From a bacterium (GTDB taxonomy: Bacteria; UBA8248), in contig CBDBZY010000064.1 of the NCBI GenBank assembly GCA_965213685.1, positions 992,001-1,056,000 on the forward strand: a stretch of 64,000 bases of DNA, written 5' to 3'. The notes beneath the pieces are model-generated. The model had not been told where the DNA came from, searched no databases, and saw only the letters and a list, made by a program, of their open reading frames with translations. Positions 13,101 to 26,876 of the stretch are shown piece by piece. A program made the translations under genes and the position numbers. The stretch's first letter is position 1. Each line of letters opens with the position of its first letter.

Positions 13101-13479
13101 GCGCAATGAGGCTGAGCGACGGGGGGTATTGTGTACAGCTGGTGAGCCACGCCTTATCCCGCATGAGAAAGCGTGGCTCCACAAGTCTGCTATAGCTGTT
13201 TTAGAGGTGTATGCGAGCATAATGAGTTGTTCTGCCAGTTCACGCTCGTATACATGTAGCTGTACCGTAACGCACCTTTTTCTGGGGCACTTTAACACAG
13301 CAACTCTCGGGCTTCTTGTAGGACTCACAAGTAGCCCAATGCAGATGGTATGACCCCTTGTTCCCTATTGTCTGACACCCAACTACCTGTCAATACATCA
13401 CTGACCTTTTTAGACCATTAGAAGGATCGTAGGAGGCGCAAACCTTCTGCCTGGTACACCCAGGTCCACTGCTTTGTAA

Positions 13480-13619
13480 TATAAGTATATACTACAATGC
13501 AAGAAGTCTCCTTCCCAAGTTTGATGAACTAGGTGCTAGTGTGGAAAATATTGAGCCACTATTATATGCATAGTGGAATTTCAGTGGCGGGTTATATAGG
13601 TTAGACCGGAACAGGCATG
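13480..13619 (+). mobile_element. CR1/L2-like LINE APE endonuclease fragment
   Basis: YYNARSLLPKFDEL ... LDRNRHG, interrupted by the MITE at 13620. Confidence 0.65.
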
Positions 13620-14017
13620 CAGGGGCGCAACTAGGAATTCTAGAGCGAGGAGGCAATAGCGGCGTGCGCAGTGTGCCGTCAATTAATTAATTAACTACAG
13701 CTAATTATTAACAACTCGACGATGTCCAGAACTTTCCCAGACCTGAAGTAGATACTTCCCCTGGAGGAAGAGTTCGCTCGCGGTTACCCAATGCTACTAA
13801 GTAGTAGGTTACTATTCGCTCCCACGCGTGAGCGGTAGACTCGATTTAGTGCGCTTTCACGCTCACGATGGCTGTACGAAGAACGTAGCTCTTGACAGCA
13901 TTAGTGGATCATCCAGTATATGTATTATAGAGTAGCACGTAGTATAATTCAATTAACTATTATGTCAAAAAGCGAGGAGCGACTGCCTCCTCTGCCTCAA
14001 TGCTAGTTACGCCCCTG
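13620..14017. mobile_element. hAT-like MITE with 5-bp TSD
   Basis: TIR CAGGGGCGCAACTAG / CTAGTTACGCCCCTG; GCATG duplicated on both sides; removal restores LINE codons DRNRHG. Confidence 0.75.
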
Positions 14018-14129
14018 GCATGGTATTGGAGTCACATTTCTGGATTTTTCCAATCTCTCTTTTTTTCACCACTTTTAAAATCAGCAATTCTTTTTATGCC
14101 ACCATCTTCTCCCCCTGAACATTCCACAT

Positions 14130-16650
14130 CCGAGACCATGATCTTTTTTAAAGATGTTACTCACTTGTATCTCCTTTTTTGAGTTATTACCCTGCTTGTA
14201 GTACTTATGTGTATGCATGTCCATGCCCCTTGGAAGGCATTATTAACTTGCTGTGCGCATGTGTGCGCGGGGTAAGAATATCTGCAACCCGCAGTAGCCT
14301 GTAGTGTGCATTGATGACATGTTTTAGGAGAAAGAACTTCACAGCTGTCACAGTAGAGGCAGGGCTTTTCCCCTTTTCTGGGTCCCTGGTGACTCATTAG
14401 CCTTGTGAGAGCTTGGTGTACCTGCCACCACACTCAAGGGCACTATCCCAAATCCTAGGCCATCTTCACCTCTCTGCTACTGCTGCAATCATGGAGGCTT
14501 TTTCTTTGCACTTCATAACTGACATTATATGCAATAACTCAACTTGAAACAGATACGTACCTTCCCTCCGCAACAATTTCCCAACAAACTCACAACCAAA
14601 CCATTCTTCCAATTCCACACACTCTTTAACCAAACACACAGACTCAATATCATCAACACATGCATGCAACTCCAACTGCATCATCCCTTAACAATCTCTG
14701 GAGAAAAGCCAGCTTTCGTAAAATCCGGCATCTCATTGTTGGCAACTTGAGAGCACCTATTGCAGCTGTGTTCAAGTGGTGTTTTGGCCATTTGAGAATT
14801 CTTTTTACCAACTCCCCTTGAAGACTCATGATTCAGTCATGATCACATTCTCTGATCCATACAACAAAATGGGAACCACACAAGTTTCCAGTATAGAAAC
14901 TGAAGAAAGCGGGGAGAGATTGCCATGAAAAACTCCAATGCTGCCAAAAAGAAAGAAAGCCCTACGAGTTTTCCTCATGTTTTCATCAATTGCTTGTGTA
15001 GTAAGTAAGTCATCCCTCCACCAGTAGCCAAGACATTTACCCTCTTCACTAATAGAAAGAAAGTGGGGAGAGATTGCAATTGCTCGTGTAGCTAGTAAGT
15101 CACCCCTCCACCAGTGAGACATCTACCCTCTTCACTAATAGGGATGTGAGTGCCTTCAAACACATAGGGTGAGGATGGAATGATCAATCTTCTGGAGAAG
15201 AGCTCTATCTCACACTTACTATAATACAAATAGTTTGACTTAGCAAACTCTTGAACCATGCTCACTTGTGCATGAAGGGAGCTTTCAGAGGTGGCCAATC
15301 TACGAATTCTGCATGCAAAAACCCTCCAGCATAGAAGTTGTTAATGGAAGGCCCTAGGCCAGAGACTTGCAGCTTGATCAAAAGTGGGTTCATTACGAGT
15401 AGAAACAGTGTAGGTGACAACACAGAGCCCTGCCTGACTCCTTTCTGAACAATGAAGTCAGAGGACAAGTTTCCACCCTACATCTCACATTATCATACCA
15501 ACTGCGCAATATAACCGCCACACTCTCCAACTGAGAACAACCTCTCCAGCACACAATATTCAACAGAATCAAAAGCTTTCTTCAAATCACAAACACATGT
15601 ACACATGTATACATCACATTGTGAAATTAGTGGGCGTGGTCAAACACCAAAGCTAGGGGGGCGCCAGCACCCCGCGCCCCCCTCCCCCCCCCGGTTCCTA
15701 CGCCCCTGGGTAGTCAAGTAATCCATTTGAAGAGTCTGACATGACTGCAACATAGAGGCAGAGCTAACATCCATCAAGATATAATCAATTGTTGTAGGTG
15801 TGCTACCACTACAATAGGTATACCCAGGACCACTTGCCAAACTGAAACTGCATTAAGATCACACCTCTCCAAGACACCATGCAGTAGATGTCTCTGTGCA
15901 TTCATACCCTCAATGTTGCCTGCAAGATTCAAGTGTGCATTGAAGTCCCCCATCACAATAACAGGGCCAAGTAATTGAGACTCTGTATATATAACCAAGC
16001 ACTCCAGTTCTCGCAAATGCTCCACGTAGACATTCATGCCCTGATCCAGACAAGGCAGGTAGACGTCTAAGACAGACATTGTCACTTTTGTCAGACCCAA
16101 CAAAAATCTCATCCCACATAGTCGATCTGAAGTAATGCCCCCAATTGGAACCCCCCCAAAAGATTTCTTCCAAATCATGCCAATACCACCACAACCTCTA
16201 CCCCCACTACTCTCCTCATTAAGCCTACCATATCAGCTACACCAGTCGCATCATAGTCAGGGTGTATACACGACAACTTGTAAAGATCATAGGGCCATAC
16301 GTGTGTTTTCCTGAAGATTCCCTGCAGTATCTGCATGCAGAGTGTGTAGTGGTCTCACTTGCATCTCACTCCAACCTTGCCAATTCTGAACCCAAATGTC
16401 ACCAATATGCTTCTCTTTAAGTGACTTTCCACCACCAACCTTCTTCCTAGTCACAAGAGCATCCCCTGTACCAACCAAGCCTGAGGGCAAACAAATCATC
16501 TCTCAGACTAACCAGACTACCCTCATCACTGTATCTAAGGAGCTTCCTCAGAAGTCCCTGTCTGCTCAATTCTGAATTTACCCCAAAAGTAGACAGGGAC
16601 TCCATCACGTGAAAAATGCACAATGAAGTAAAGAATGCAAGATACATACA
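14130..16650 (-). mobile_element. Degenerate LINE with APE endonuclease and reverse transcriptase
   Basis: Endonuclease VYLP, VIVMGDFNAHL, TTIDYIL; RT GVRQGSVLSPTLF, GGFLHA, CLGYWW, ETCVVPILLYGSE; many frameshifts. Confidence 0.85.
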
Positions 16651-16979
16651 TAATATTTATACATGCGTACATATATACAGAGACATGCAAACGTTAAGAG
16701 AACACACAAACGTTATAAGTTATATCTCAGCTTAGAACCATCACATCCACAACCTCTTTTGTCAAGCACCTACGAACTTGCATGTCATTTTTTTTAAATT
16801 TAATTGTAAAGATATTTATTCTTGTCTGAAATTTGTATTATTATTGCATAACTATTGTACGCAGGACTCCCAGGAAGACCAGCTGACGGGACATTTCCTG
16901 TAAAAAATCTATGTATGTATCTAATGCGAACTCTGCACACCCAAGGCAAACCACACTAAGATCAACAACAACAGCGACA

Positions 16980-17452
16980 ATGAAAAGCACTAAAGTGCAA
17001 CAACCCTCGGCGCAGTTACATAGCATGCTACAACAGCCTGCACAGATGATACAAGCATTGCTGGTTTAATACTCAATTGGGCTATAGTCTAGTGTCTTGC
17101 CTTGTCTTTCATGCTGTAGAGTCTGTGCACGTACGCGTGTGGCAATTTTTGAGGCATAATAGACGCATGCCTACGCACTAGCTGTACGGACGTGAGACGG
17201 AGAGTATACGAAACATTGCAACGTGAACAAAATGGCCGACTCGAGCTGGCTTGGTCCCGGGTAAGCTTATAACGCTTCTAACTTTCTAACGAAGCAGTTT
17301 TAGAGAAAATGCCTTGTGAGAAATGTGCTGCTCAAGCCGCAAGTGCCTTCGGTTACACGTCTACTAGCGCCAGCCCGCGGATTAGCTCCCGCGAACGGAC
17401 ACACACACGGGACAACTGCAGTAACCCTCTGGCGCATGCGCGCCGAGGGCTG
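16980..17452 (-). mobile_element. HINE/Helentron-like non-autonomous element (family 1)
   Basis: subTIR AACCCTCGGCGC, terminal hairpin GCACT-TT-AGTGC; homologous to 41297-42045, 28020-28510, 45460-45762. Confidence 0.55.
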
Positions 17453-17529
17453 TAGTCAAAGTCAAAATCCAAGTATTATGCAATACAAGCCAATAATGGC
17501 ACTGCAGAAAAAAAAATTATATAATTTAA

Positions 17530-18107
17530 GGCAGGACGACCTTTAGACATGATTTTGCCTGATTTATGTTTTATTGTATTCTCCTAATGATGCCTGTTAG
17601 CGAAATAACGTAGTTTTGCGTGATATGTCGGTTCATATATAGAATTATAAAATTTACGCAATATGCATATCGCTAATTATAGAAAAAAAATTTGCCAATA
17701 ACGGCTAATGCTGCAGAGACGAAACTTCGGTGGATGGTTACTAAGCATGTTGGCTATCTAAGTTTGCTTTAAAAATCCCTGCTAAATCTTTCTTTCTACA
17801 CATATAATCGTTTTCTTCGTGCTGCAGAATTTAGAAAAACAGTAGCAAATTCTGCCGTAAAGTAGCAAGCCAAGCCTCGAGCAACCCATTGCGCATAAAC
17901 TAGTTCACTCCCCTTTGGCAAGCATCCACCTCTTCACCGGTTGGCGCCACACAGCGCCGCACGTCCAACGGTAGCGGGAAATATGAATTTTTTCCCAGCG
18001 AATTTGCAACCGCGCCAAAGAATTGCTGTCGTTTTAGCGTTGGTAAATGTGGGGGGAAAGCGACGGTAGAGTAATTGACGAAGAACGCAATCATGACTCG
18101 CCCTCCC
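17530..18107 (+). mobile_element. Kolobok-like MITE, copy 1
   Basis: TTAA on both sides, GG..CC ends, imperfect TIR GGCAGGACGA / TCGCCCTCCC; near-identical copies at 26304 and 33380. Confidence 0.75.
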
Positions 18108-18111
18108 TTAA

Positions 18112-20095
18112 GTTACTGAAAAATATTTTGCATACATGAAAATGTCAGAGTCTGAGCATGAGAGGGAAGAAATAATCCGCTCTGGATCGGAAAGACGTGT
18201 GTGGGTCAGAGTGAAATGATGGAAGTAGGGACCATTGAATGGAGTATCACAGAGATGACAGATACCTTTCCAAAATTGAGGTCCCGTTAGTTCTCGATAA
18301 AGGGCCTGCAGACACTCTGTTCCACGAGGGCCATAGTCAAGGGCCATATCCCACAGCCTCACATTAACAGCTATCTGTGCTGCTATGGCCGTACTACAGT
18401 GGTCGCTGGCCTCCGTGATGCAGGAGTCCCAGTCTGTCTGCAAGATTTCTCGTTTCTTCTCTCTCAGAGATGACTGGGAGTTGAGTAGAGAATCCGTACA
18501 GCCTCAACAGGAAAGCTTCTCCTTCAGGTGTCGGCATTCCTGCATGAGTCTGAGGGATCCCTGAGGTAGACTGGAAAAGATTTGGCTGCCTATAGTGCCC
18601 TCCCCTTCACTCAGCTTTGTCAGAAGGCTCAACTTGGAGATGAGAATTCTCGCGGTGATGGAAGGCCATCTGAGGCCTAGACGTATGGAGAGGGTGGAGT
18701 GATGTCTTGACAGTTTCAGACTCTGACGTCCGATTTCTCCCTGAAAGGATTCCAACTGGTGTAGCATTTAGTCTGTCAGCACCCAGTTTTCACAGCCAAA
18801 CAGTAGAGTGGGTATGACACAGGTTTCATAGATACTTCTACCTAAGATTGGATTCACCTAACCCTGAAATGCTCCGATTGGCCCGAAGGCAAAAAATGCC
18901 CGCCTTGCCTTCTTGATGGCCTCGTCCACGGCCTTGGTGCAGAGAGATCCCAACACCACCAGTAGCCTAGGCACTTGGCATTGAGCTGTGGCACCAGACC
19001 ATTGCCTTCAAGTGCAGCAATAGGTGCAGTTGTAGCTGGCTTAGAGGGAGAGATTAGTACGACCTCACACTTTGTGGGGTTCAGGGTTAGTCCGTTATTC
19101 GCAGCAAAAGTGCACATGGTGTTGATCTGCTCTTGTAGAGTCGTCCGAGAGCTGCTGATAGTGCGTATATCATCAGCATGGATGAAACCTCCTACATATA
19201 TGTCACCAACCAATGGACCTAGATCGTTACTCTGTAGGGATTTCAAGAGAGGGTCCATTGTCAGCAGGAAGAGCACTGGGGAGAGGACGGAGCCTTGAAG
19301 AACTTTGCACTCTAATGTGAATGGTGAGGAAAGCACCCCATTCACTCTCACCATGCTCTTTGGTGATGTGTACCAGCTTCGCAAGATCCTCCAGGCCTTG
19401 CCATTCACCCCCGACTCATAGAGGTGCTTCAGGAGTACTGGATACTGGATGGAATCTTGTAAGTCATAAAAGCACATGTACACCTTTTCAGAGCACTGGG
19501 AGTATGTGGATATCACTTCCATGGTGGAAAATATTGCCTCTGTACATGATACTCCTTTGCGGTAGGCTGTCTGGTTGGGATGTGGTATGTTCTTTCCAAG
19601 AAATGACACTGCAACCGTGTTAGAGTGAGTGCCTCCAACACTTTGGCAAGCACGGAAGTTAGCATGACTCCACGATAGCTGTTTGTATTGAGGGGGTCCT
19701 TCTCACCTCCTTTGTATACTGGTGTTATGATTCCAGTCTTGAGTGATGTGGGTATGCTTTCCGCTTCTATGATTGCATTGCAGATCTGCAGGACCCAGTC
19801 CCGGAGTGTTGGTCCACCATACTTCAGGTGCTTGGCCTTTATCCCATCATGTCCAGCGGCCTAGCCAAGTTTCAGCTTCTTCAAGACACTGTCGACCTCC
19901 TCAGCCACAAATGGAACATCAAACAGGTAGTCTTCATTGTCTAGGGAGTTCAACATCAGTGTTTCAACTTCGTCCTCTGAGCTGTATGTGGCTGTTGACT
20001 GTCCTGAGTTAGTGGAACTCAGCACTCGAAAGTGATCTTCCCACATTTCTAAAATGGTTTTTGGATCCGTTACAACTTCTTCATCCTTGAGTAGT
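18112..20095 (-). mobile_element. Degenerate 5'-truncated LINE RT
   Basis: QTAYRKGVSC, CFYDLQ, VLQGSVLSPVLF, HADD, KCLGYWW, C-terminal CHLC..HF. Confidence 0.9.
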
Positions 20096-20300
20096 GATAG
20101 GCATGGTCGTCGTTTCGTTGATGGAATCTGTAACCCTCGCTGCGCATGCGCGCCGAAGGTTAAAAAACGCCGAACAGGGTTACAAATCGGTTGTAGCCCT
20201 GCGGGTAGGGTTACAACCAGTTGTATCCCTGCGGTGGGGACTAATAAGCACTTACTAAGATTCTGTTTTCATAGTCAAAACACTTTTAGCACCATATCAT

Positions 20301-20883
20301 TAGTCTCGCTCCCAGGCCCTCTGATTGTTACGCGCGACCTTTGACCCCCATGGCTTAGGATAGCAGAGAGACTGGGCTCCGAAAGAGCGTACGTGACGTC
20401 ACAGGTACAAATTGGCGTTGGCGAAACGCGCACGTGCAGTAACGTCGCCCACGCGTCATGCCCTCTAAATCACCCTTCACGTAGGCCCGCATAGTTCGCG
20501 TACGCTGGAAGAGCCTGATCGATCGCCCAGCACAGAGCCGCTCTCTTCTTTCCAGGAATTCTCCGTTGTCAGTGTTTACCCGACGTCGAGTTTCAGGTAC
20601 AATGCATACAAACGTGCGCATAGTTCTACCTCGCTCTGCGATGGACTCTAAGTGCCACACAGAATCATCCTATACATCTCATCTACGAGTCTTTGTTGTA
20701 TAAAGAACCACTCTGTGTTCGAGTTTAGAAAGCAAAATCGGCACCTCACGTGAATGTGGTTTGCCCGCCCACGTTAATTAAACGTCTCGCGTTTACGCTA
20801 TTTCGGAGCCCAGGTTCTCCCCCCTCCTATTTTTACGAGTTCAAAGGTCACGCATCAACATCGCGTGCGGGAGGACGAGGCTA
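20301..20883. mobile_element. Academ-like non-autonomous element
   Basis: TAGTCTCG...CGAGGCTA ends; perfect 9-bp TSD CCATATCAT (20292-20300, 20884-20892); a second interrupted copy lies at 33890-36622. Confidence 0.8.
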
Positions 20884-20911
20884 CCATATCATATGTAGCA
20901 GAGAAGGTGAT

Positions 20912-21017
20912 GCAGTTGATAACACGCCCACATCGGGATGTATCGGATTACAATCACTCCGCCCTCAGGCGTCGTGATTGTAAATCCGATACATCCCTCG
21001 TGGGCGTGTTATAACTA
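20912..21017. repeat. ~105-bp palindromic mini-element
   Basis: AGTTGATAACACGCCCAC..GGGATGTATCGGAT-TACAATCAC / GTGATTGTAAATCCGATACATCCC..GTGGGCGTGTTATAACT. Confidence 0.7.
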
Positions 21018-21679
21018 TTACACAACAACAGCAAACAAGGACAAAACAACACTAAACAAGCACTCGGAACGGTGCAACACGACAAGCCCAATACACCCAA
21101 AACAGAGAAGAGCACTCGGAGAGAACGACACTCAAAACTCACAAAAATAGGATCTATTTATAGCCCCGTTTATAAGTAGCGTTTAACCCGGTTCCGGATC
21201 CTAATCCGGATTCGGTTTGTAAACCGGGTTACGTAACCCACTCCCGGATGTGGGATTAAGCGGGAGAATTCGCGCAAACCTCGTGCGTGCGGTATGTAAA
21301 AGCAGCCGTCGCGGTTTGTATCCTGAGTAGCGCCAGCACTAGCCGAGGTTCCTTGTGGGAGGAGGACGAGAGTAAAAGAGGTACTGGGGTAGCCCAGCCT
21401 AGCCAGGCTCCTACTACAGCAGTGTTTCAATATCTATGTCAGAAATCACTACTGAGTATCTTGTCCCGTATAAGCACTGAAAATTTCGAGAGGATCAAAG
21501 GCCTTCAGTAGAGGAAGAAGATACACCAATCATGATTGTCAGCCCCCAGTTAGATTTGTGCAATGGATTATAAGGAAATGTTTTAAATGAGGTCAGTATT
21601 CATCCATAAGGCAGTCCCATTTTAGTATATTGTAGTTTACTTACAGCAGGATTACGTCAAAGGTCTCTTGCATGGATGG

Positions 21680-23301
21680 TAGTCTCGCGAGCAGACGGAA
21701 TATGCGTCTGGCAGCACTCCGTGGACGTCGCCGAAATGTTGGCGCCACCAATCAGATTGCAGTACTCACATAATTACTGCGTTTAATCCCATGTGTACGG
21801 GAGACGTGGCAGATAGAGAACTAGTCTCGTTCCCAGACCCCTCACGTGCGCCCGCCCGAAAAGAGGATCTGGCAACTGTACAACATCTTGCTCAACCCTA
21901 TGACGTGGCCGTCCGGAATGTGGGATGGTCAATCACAGCGCAGCATTCTTCAATTATACGTTCCTTCGCCGTAATTACCCGTTCAACATGTCGGATGCCA
22001 GTGGTAGTGGACGTTGTCTTGTACCTACACTCAACGCGTATCTCCCAAAGACATCGATCGACGCAGCTATTGGTGAAGCAGTGCCATGACTTCAGTACAG
22101 CAGAGCGACTGAGAAGCAAACCAGCGCCATTAGAGAGTTCGTGACTGGGAGAGACGTGTTGGTCGTTTTAGAGAAGCAGACCAGTGCTATCAAAGCATTC
22201 GTGACTGGGAGAGACGCGTTGGTCGTTTTGCCAACGGGCAGTGGCAAGTCGCTCAGCATCAACCCCCTTGTGGAGTATTTTCTCACTTGGTCCTCCATTA
22301 CTGACTGGAGCGGACAGACTACAACTACGAATTACTTTGCTGATAACTACGATGGAGGGAGAGCCAGTCTGTGCGCCCAAAATGTCAAATGCATAGGGAA
22401 GAGCGACTTGCCACCGCCCGTTGGCAAAACGACCAACACGTCTCTCCCAGCCACGAACTCTCTGATAGCACTGGTTTGCTTCTCAGTCGCTCTGCTGTAC
22501 TGAAGTCTTGGCACTGCTTCACCAATAGCTGCGTCGATCGATGTCTTTGGGAGATACGCGTTGAGTGTAGGTACAAGACAACAGCCACTACCACTAGCAT
22601 CCGACATGTTGAACGGGTACCGTAAACGTTCGAATTACAGCGCCATCCAATACTAAGCGCCACTTGTACATTACTAAATTTTTTCTTTCAAATAGTAGCG
22701 CCAATGTCTAACCTGAATTTATTTTGTGGCGCTTAGTAAATTGTGACGCCCATCTGACTGTTCTGACTCGTTCTAATTAAGAAGCGCCACCCGAATTATA
22801 GCGCCACCTAGAAAGGACAGTATTTTATACAGTTCGTATTTAAGCGCCAAGGTGAAATGTAGTTTTCTTTTTGGCGCTGTAATTCGAACGTTTACGGTAA
22901 TTACGGCTAAGGAACGTATAATTGAATAATGCTGCGCTGTGATTGGCCATCCCACATTTCGGACGGCCACGTCATAGGGTCGAGCAAGATGTTGTATAGT
23001 TGCTAGATCCTCTTTTCGGGCGGGCGCACGTGAGGGTCTGGGAACGAGAACAGAATGGCGCTCTCAGAGAAACCAATCGACGATGCTGTAGCCACTGCAA
23101 CAAGACCGTCCTACAAAGCAAACACGCTGGCAGATCTCTGACACCCGAAGTCGCCGTCTGCCATCTGTCTACTCGAGGCGCAAAAGGGTTAACTAGAGTC
23201 TACGTCTGTTATACGGAATAATCACATTCCTCCAGTACACGCAATGCTGGCCATAGTCACCAGACGTAATTCCCCGCGTATTACGTCTGCTCGCGAGACT
23301 A
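21680..23301. mobile_element. Academ-like element (outer)
   Basis: Perfect TIR TAGTCTCGCGAGCAGACG / CGTCTGCTCGCGAGACTA; perfect 9-bp TSD CATGGATGG. Confidence 0.9.
21822..23049. mobile_element. Nested AcademH-like foldback element with inverted RecQ motif-I fragments
   Basis: ~160-bp TIRs starting TAGTCTCGTTCCCAGACCC; inner inverted arms 21976-22258 / 22400-22620 encode GRD(V/A)LVVLPTG(S/G)GKSL. Confidence 0.8.
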
Positions 23302-23939
23302 CATGGATGGGAGAATGCAGCAGCATTGTCAGTCCCCATTTGTTTCCTTTTCTAGATTTACATGAGGTCAAACACTGGGCCCCATGTCATGTAGCTTGAC
23401 GTTCAGAAAGGTTTCGCTTGCATAAAAACTCCCCATGCACTACAGTATATAGGTGGTGCTCTTTACGTTTACGTTTTACGTTCTTGCGTAAAATCTCCCC
23501 ATGTATAGTACTACACTGGGATTATTTTACATGCATAAAATTGTTGCATAAAATGCCCCCATGATTAAATCATGGTAGATGTCACGTAAAAGCTTCCCAT
23601 GATTAACCCATGCGTAAAATCTCCCCATGATTTTTCTACTTTTATGCAAACATCTGTAGGACCGATATGCCCCTAAGAATTGCATCACTGGGCTTCACTT
23701 CCGAGTATGATCCCAATGCAACAGAATCTTAGAAAATTGAGGTGAACAGGCCACATAAATCAAAACTCATCCCTGCCTGCACGTATTTTGGGCTGAGCTG
23801 GTTCGAGCTTTGATGCAACTGCAAATGCGTCCGACCCGCCCATAGTTTTTTTTTGTTTTTTTTTATAATAACTTTCTGCACATGGCAAGGCAGCACCAAT
23901 AGCTGTAAGCTAATACACAAGTGCAACCAAAGCAATGAA

Positions 23940-25885
23940 TACATTAAGAAAATAAGGGAGATATAAGTAACTTAAAAGTATGTATATTACTGGCTGAGAC
24001 AGCATCATGAGGTAGGTTGTTCCAAAGTTTAGCACCTTTAAAAAGAAATGTGGAGAACAAAGTGGCATGGTTGGCAAAAGGGACCATAAGTGCTCAGTGA
24101 TGGTGGTGCCTATGAGGGTGGTGAGTTTGAAGAGGTTTTGGTGTGCCCTCTAGTGGAGGAAAATAAACAAAATCGTTTACAATACTAAAAAATGTACATA
24201 ATGATAAGAAGCTCCTTCTGTTTTCCAAAGATGGAAGCTGAAAAGTGTCAAGTAAAATTTCATATCTTGCATAATACTGTTTTGTGGCAATCTTCAAAGC
24301 AAACTTTTGAATGTTCTCAAGAACCTTAACATCCTTTGATGAGTGGGGGCCCCAGACCTGAGAAGCATACTCAAGTGATGGACGAACGAGCGACAAATAC
24401 AGCTGTAGAATAACGTGGGGTGATGAGGAAGTGTGTGAAAAGTTTCTATAAATTATTCCCAACTTCTTTCTTGTAGATTTACAAATTCGCTCAATATGTG
24501 GGGACCAGCGAAGGTTAGATGAAATGGTAACACCAAGATATTTGTATTGTTTTACCTGTTCAAGATTTTCATTGTTCAGCAAAAGTGGTTGGTGGTCTGA
24601 ATTCCTTTTATTTGTTCAGAGCATACATTTGCACTTCTCAGTATTCAGAGACACCAGATTAATCGACGTCCACATAGAGATGTTGTTGATGTCTATCTGA
24701 AGCTCATGAAAGGAGGAACTAGTAACAATGGGTTTGTACAGTAATACATCGTCAGCATAAAGGGATATCTTTGAACTTTCAGAGAACTCTAGGGAGAGGA
24801 TTGTGTCTATGTATATGAGGAATAGTAATGGCCCTAAAACAGAGCCTTGTGGTACACCTGATAGTACATATTTTGAGGAAGAGGATTGTCCATTTACAAC
24901 AACATGTTGACATCTTCTGCTCAGGTAGCTACACAGCCAAGCTAAAAGAGTAAGGTGTATTCCAAGTTCAACCAGTCTTGTCATGAGTCTGCGATGGGGA
25001 AAAGTATTGAAGGTTTTTCGAAAGTCAAAGAAAACACACATGACATCCTTCCGCTGATCCAGAAATCTATGCCAATCATGAGTAGTTGCAAGTAGAGATG
25101 TTACAGTGCACCTTCCTGATTGAAAGCCCCATTGATTGACAGAGAGAGGAGCATGATTGATCAGATGATCCCAAAGTAACGTGTACACATATCTTTCCAG
25201 CATCTTGCTAACAATAGGTAGCAGAGAAATTGGTCTGTAGTTAGATACATCTGATTTGTTGTGTGTGAATGTTTTGGTATCTGCATATGCAATGTTGCTA
25301 ATAAATTAGATCAGATGATCCCAAAGTAACGTGTACACATATCTTTCCAGCATCTTGCTAACAATAGGTAGCAGAGAAATTGGTCTGTAGTTAGATACAT
25401 CTGATTTGTTGTGTGTGAATGTTTTGGTATCTGCATATGCAATGTTGCTAATAAATTTCTGTTTACTGTGGCGTAAAAGTTTCACTACTTTTTTTCACAT
25501 TTTCTTATACTGAAACATGTCAGAGGTTTTCTTAGACTTTTTAGCCCTTCGAAATAAAGAATTTCGCTTTCGAATACATTTCCTGATATGAGAAGTTAAC
25601 CACGGAAGATTACGCTTGGTTGGGAGATATCTGGTAGGTATACACTGCTCCATAATGGTTAGAAACATATTTGTCCACCTCGTAGCAACTATACCAATGT
25701 CATCACTTGAGAGAATACTGTTCCAGTCTGTTTCAGCAATACATTTTTGAGCTTTAAGATAATCACCTTGTTTGTAAAGCCAGATCTTTCTGGACTTCGT
25801 TGGATTGGCTGGACGTAGTTTCCACTGCAGTGATATTGAAACTCCAAGGTGATCTAAAGTAGATAATGGAGGAACTGTAGTACGT
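23940..25885 (-). mobile_element. CR1/L2-like LINE RT (degenerate) with internal 150-bp tandem duplication 25159-25458
   Basis: NYRPISLL, FFDFRKTF, SGVPQGSVLGPLLF, YADD, YKYLGV, RPSLEYASQVW. Confidence 0.9.
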
Positions 25886-26303
25886 GTACATACAAAAGCT
25901 TTCTAAACTCCTCAGCGCTAGCGTTTTAGGCCATTACCTATGTATGTGACCGGATCTGCGAAAACCGACCATCTTGTAAAAAAAGTAAATTAGAGATATG
26001 GGCGCTTGAACATGGTCATGTTGTTCCAGACCCATAGGCTCCAACTGTCCCGGAATCTCCGGGAGAGTCCCGGATTTCTTGCTCTTGTCCCGGGTCTCGG
26101 AAGGCCCTATAGTTTGTCCCGGAAGTAAACTGGGCAGTCGCACTTATTACTACAGGTGATCAGAATGAGCAATAGCACGTGTAGAACTATTGGCTACTGT
26201 TAGCTAGCAGTAGCCAGCTACTCGTTATACAGTCTGCGACTACGAGTAATCTTGTCGCTGGACGTGCCCAATCATTAAAAAAGGCGTGGTCATTAGTGCT
26301 TAA

Positions 26304-26876
26304 GGCAGGACGACCCTAAGACATGATTTTGCCTGATTTATGTTTTATTGTATTCTCCTAATGATGCCTGTTACCGAAATAACGTAGTTTTGCGCGATAT
26401 GTCGGTTCATAGATTTATATAATTTACGCAATATGCATATCGCTAATAATAGCAAAAAATTTGCCAATAACGGCTAATGCTGCAGAGACGAAACTTCGGT
26501 GGATGATTACTAAGCATGTTGGCTATCTAAGTTTGCTTTAAAAACCCGTGCTAAATCTTTCTTTCTAGACATATAATCGTTTTCTTCGTGCTGCAGAATT
26601 TAGAAAAACGGTAGCAAATTCTGCCGTAAAGTAGCAAGCCAAGCCTCGAGCAACCCATTGCGCATAAACTAGTTCACTCCCCTTTGGCGAGCATCCACCT
26701 CCTCACCGGTTGGCGCCACACAGCGCCGCACGTCCAACGGTAGCGGGAAATATGAATTTTTTCCCAGCGAATTTGCAACCGCGCCAAAGAACTGCTGTCG
26801 TTTTAGCGTTGGTAAATGTAGGGGGAAAGCGACGGTAGAGTAATTGACGAAGAACGCAATCATGACTCGCCCTCCC
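26304..26876 (+). mobile_element. Kolobok-like MITE, copy 2
   Basis: TTAA at 26300-26303 and 26877-26880; nearly identical to 17530-18107. Confidence 0.75.

Larger units (their letters stand above)
21330..23660. repeat. Unclassified interspersed repeat rich in CCCCATG/AAAGGTC motifs; host of the element at 21680
   Basis: Homologous to ~57490-59000, which shows the uninterrupted site GCATGGATGGGAGGATGCAG at 58261. Confidence 0.65.

Noticed and set aside
12868-13353. Overlapping 161-aa and 131-aa ORFs as a host gene
   Set aside because: No recognisable domain; the paralogous segment 38505-39050 has indels that break the frames
17580-17610. Hammerhead-like CTAATGATGCC..GCGAAA in the Kolobok-like element
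   Set aside because: Core is CUAAUGA in all three copies, with no convincing stem I or III
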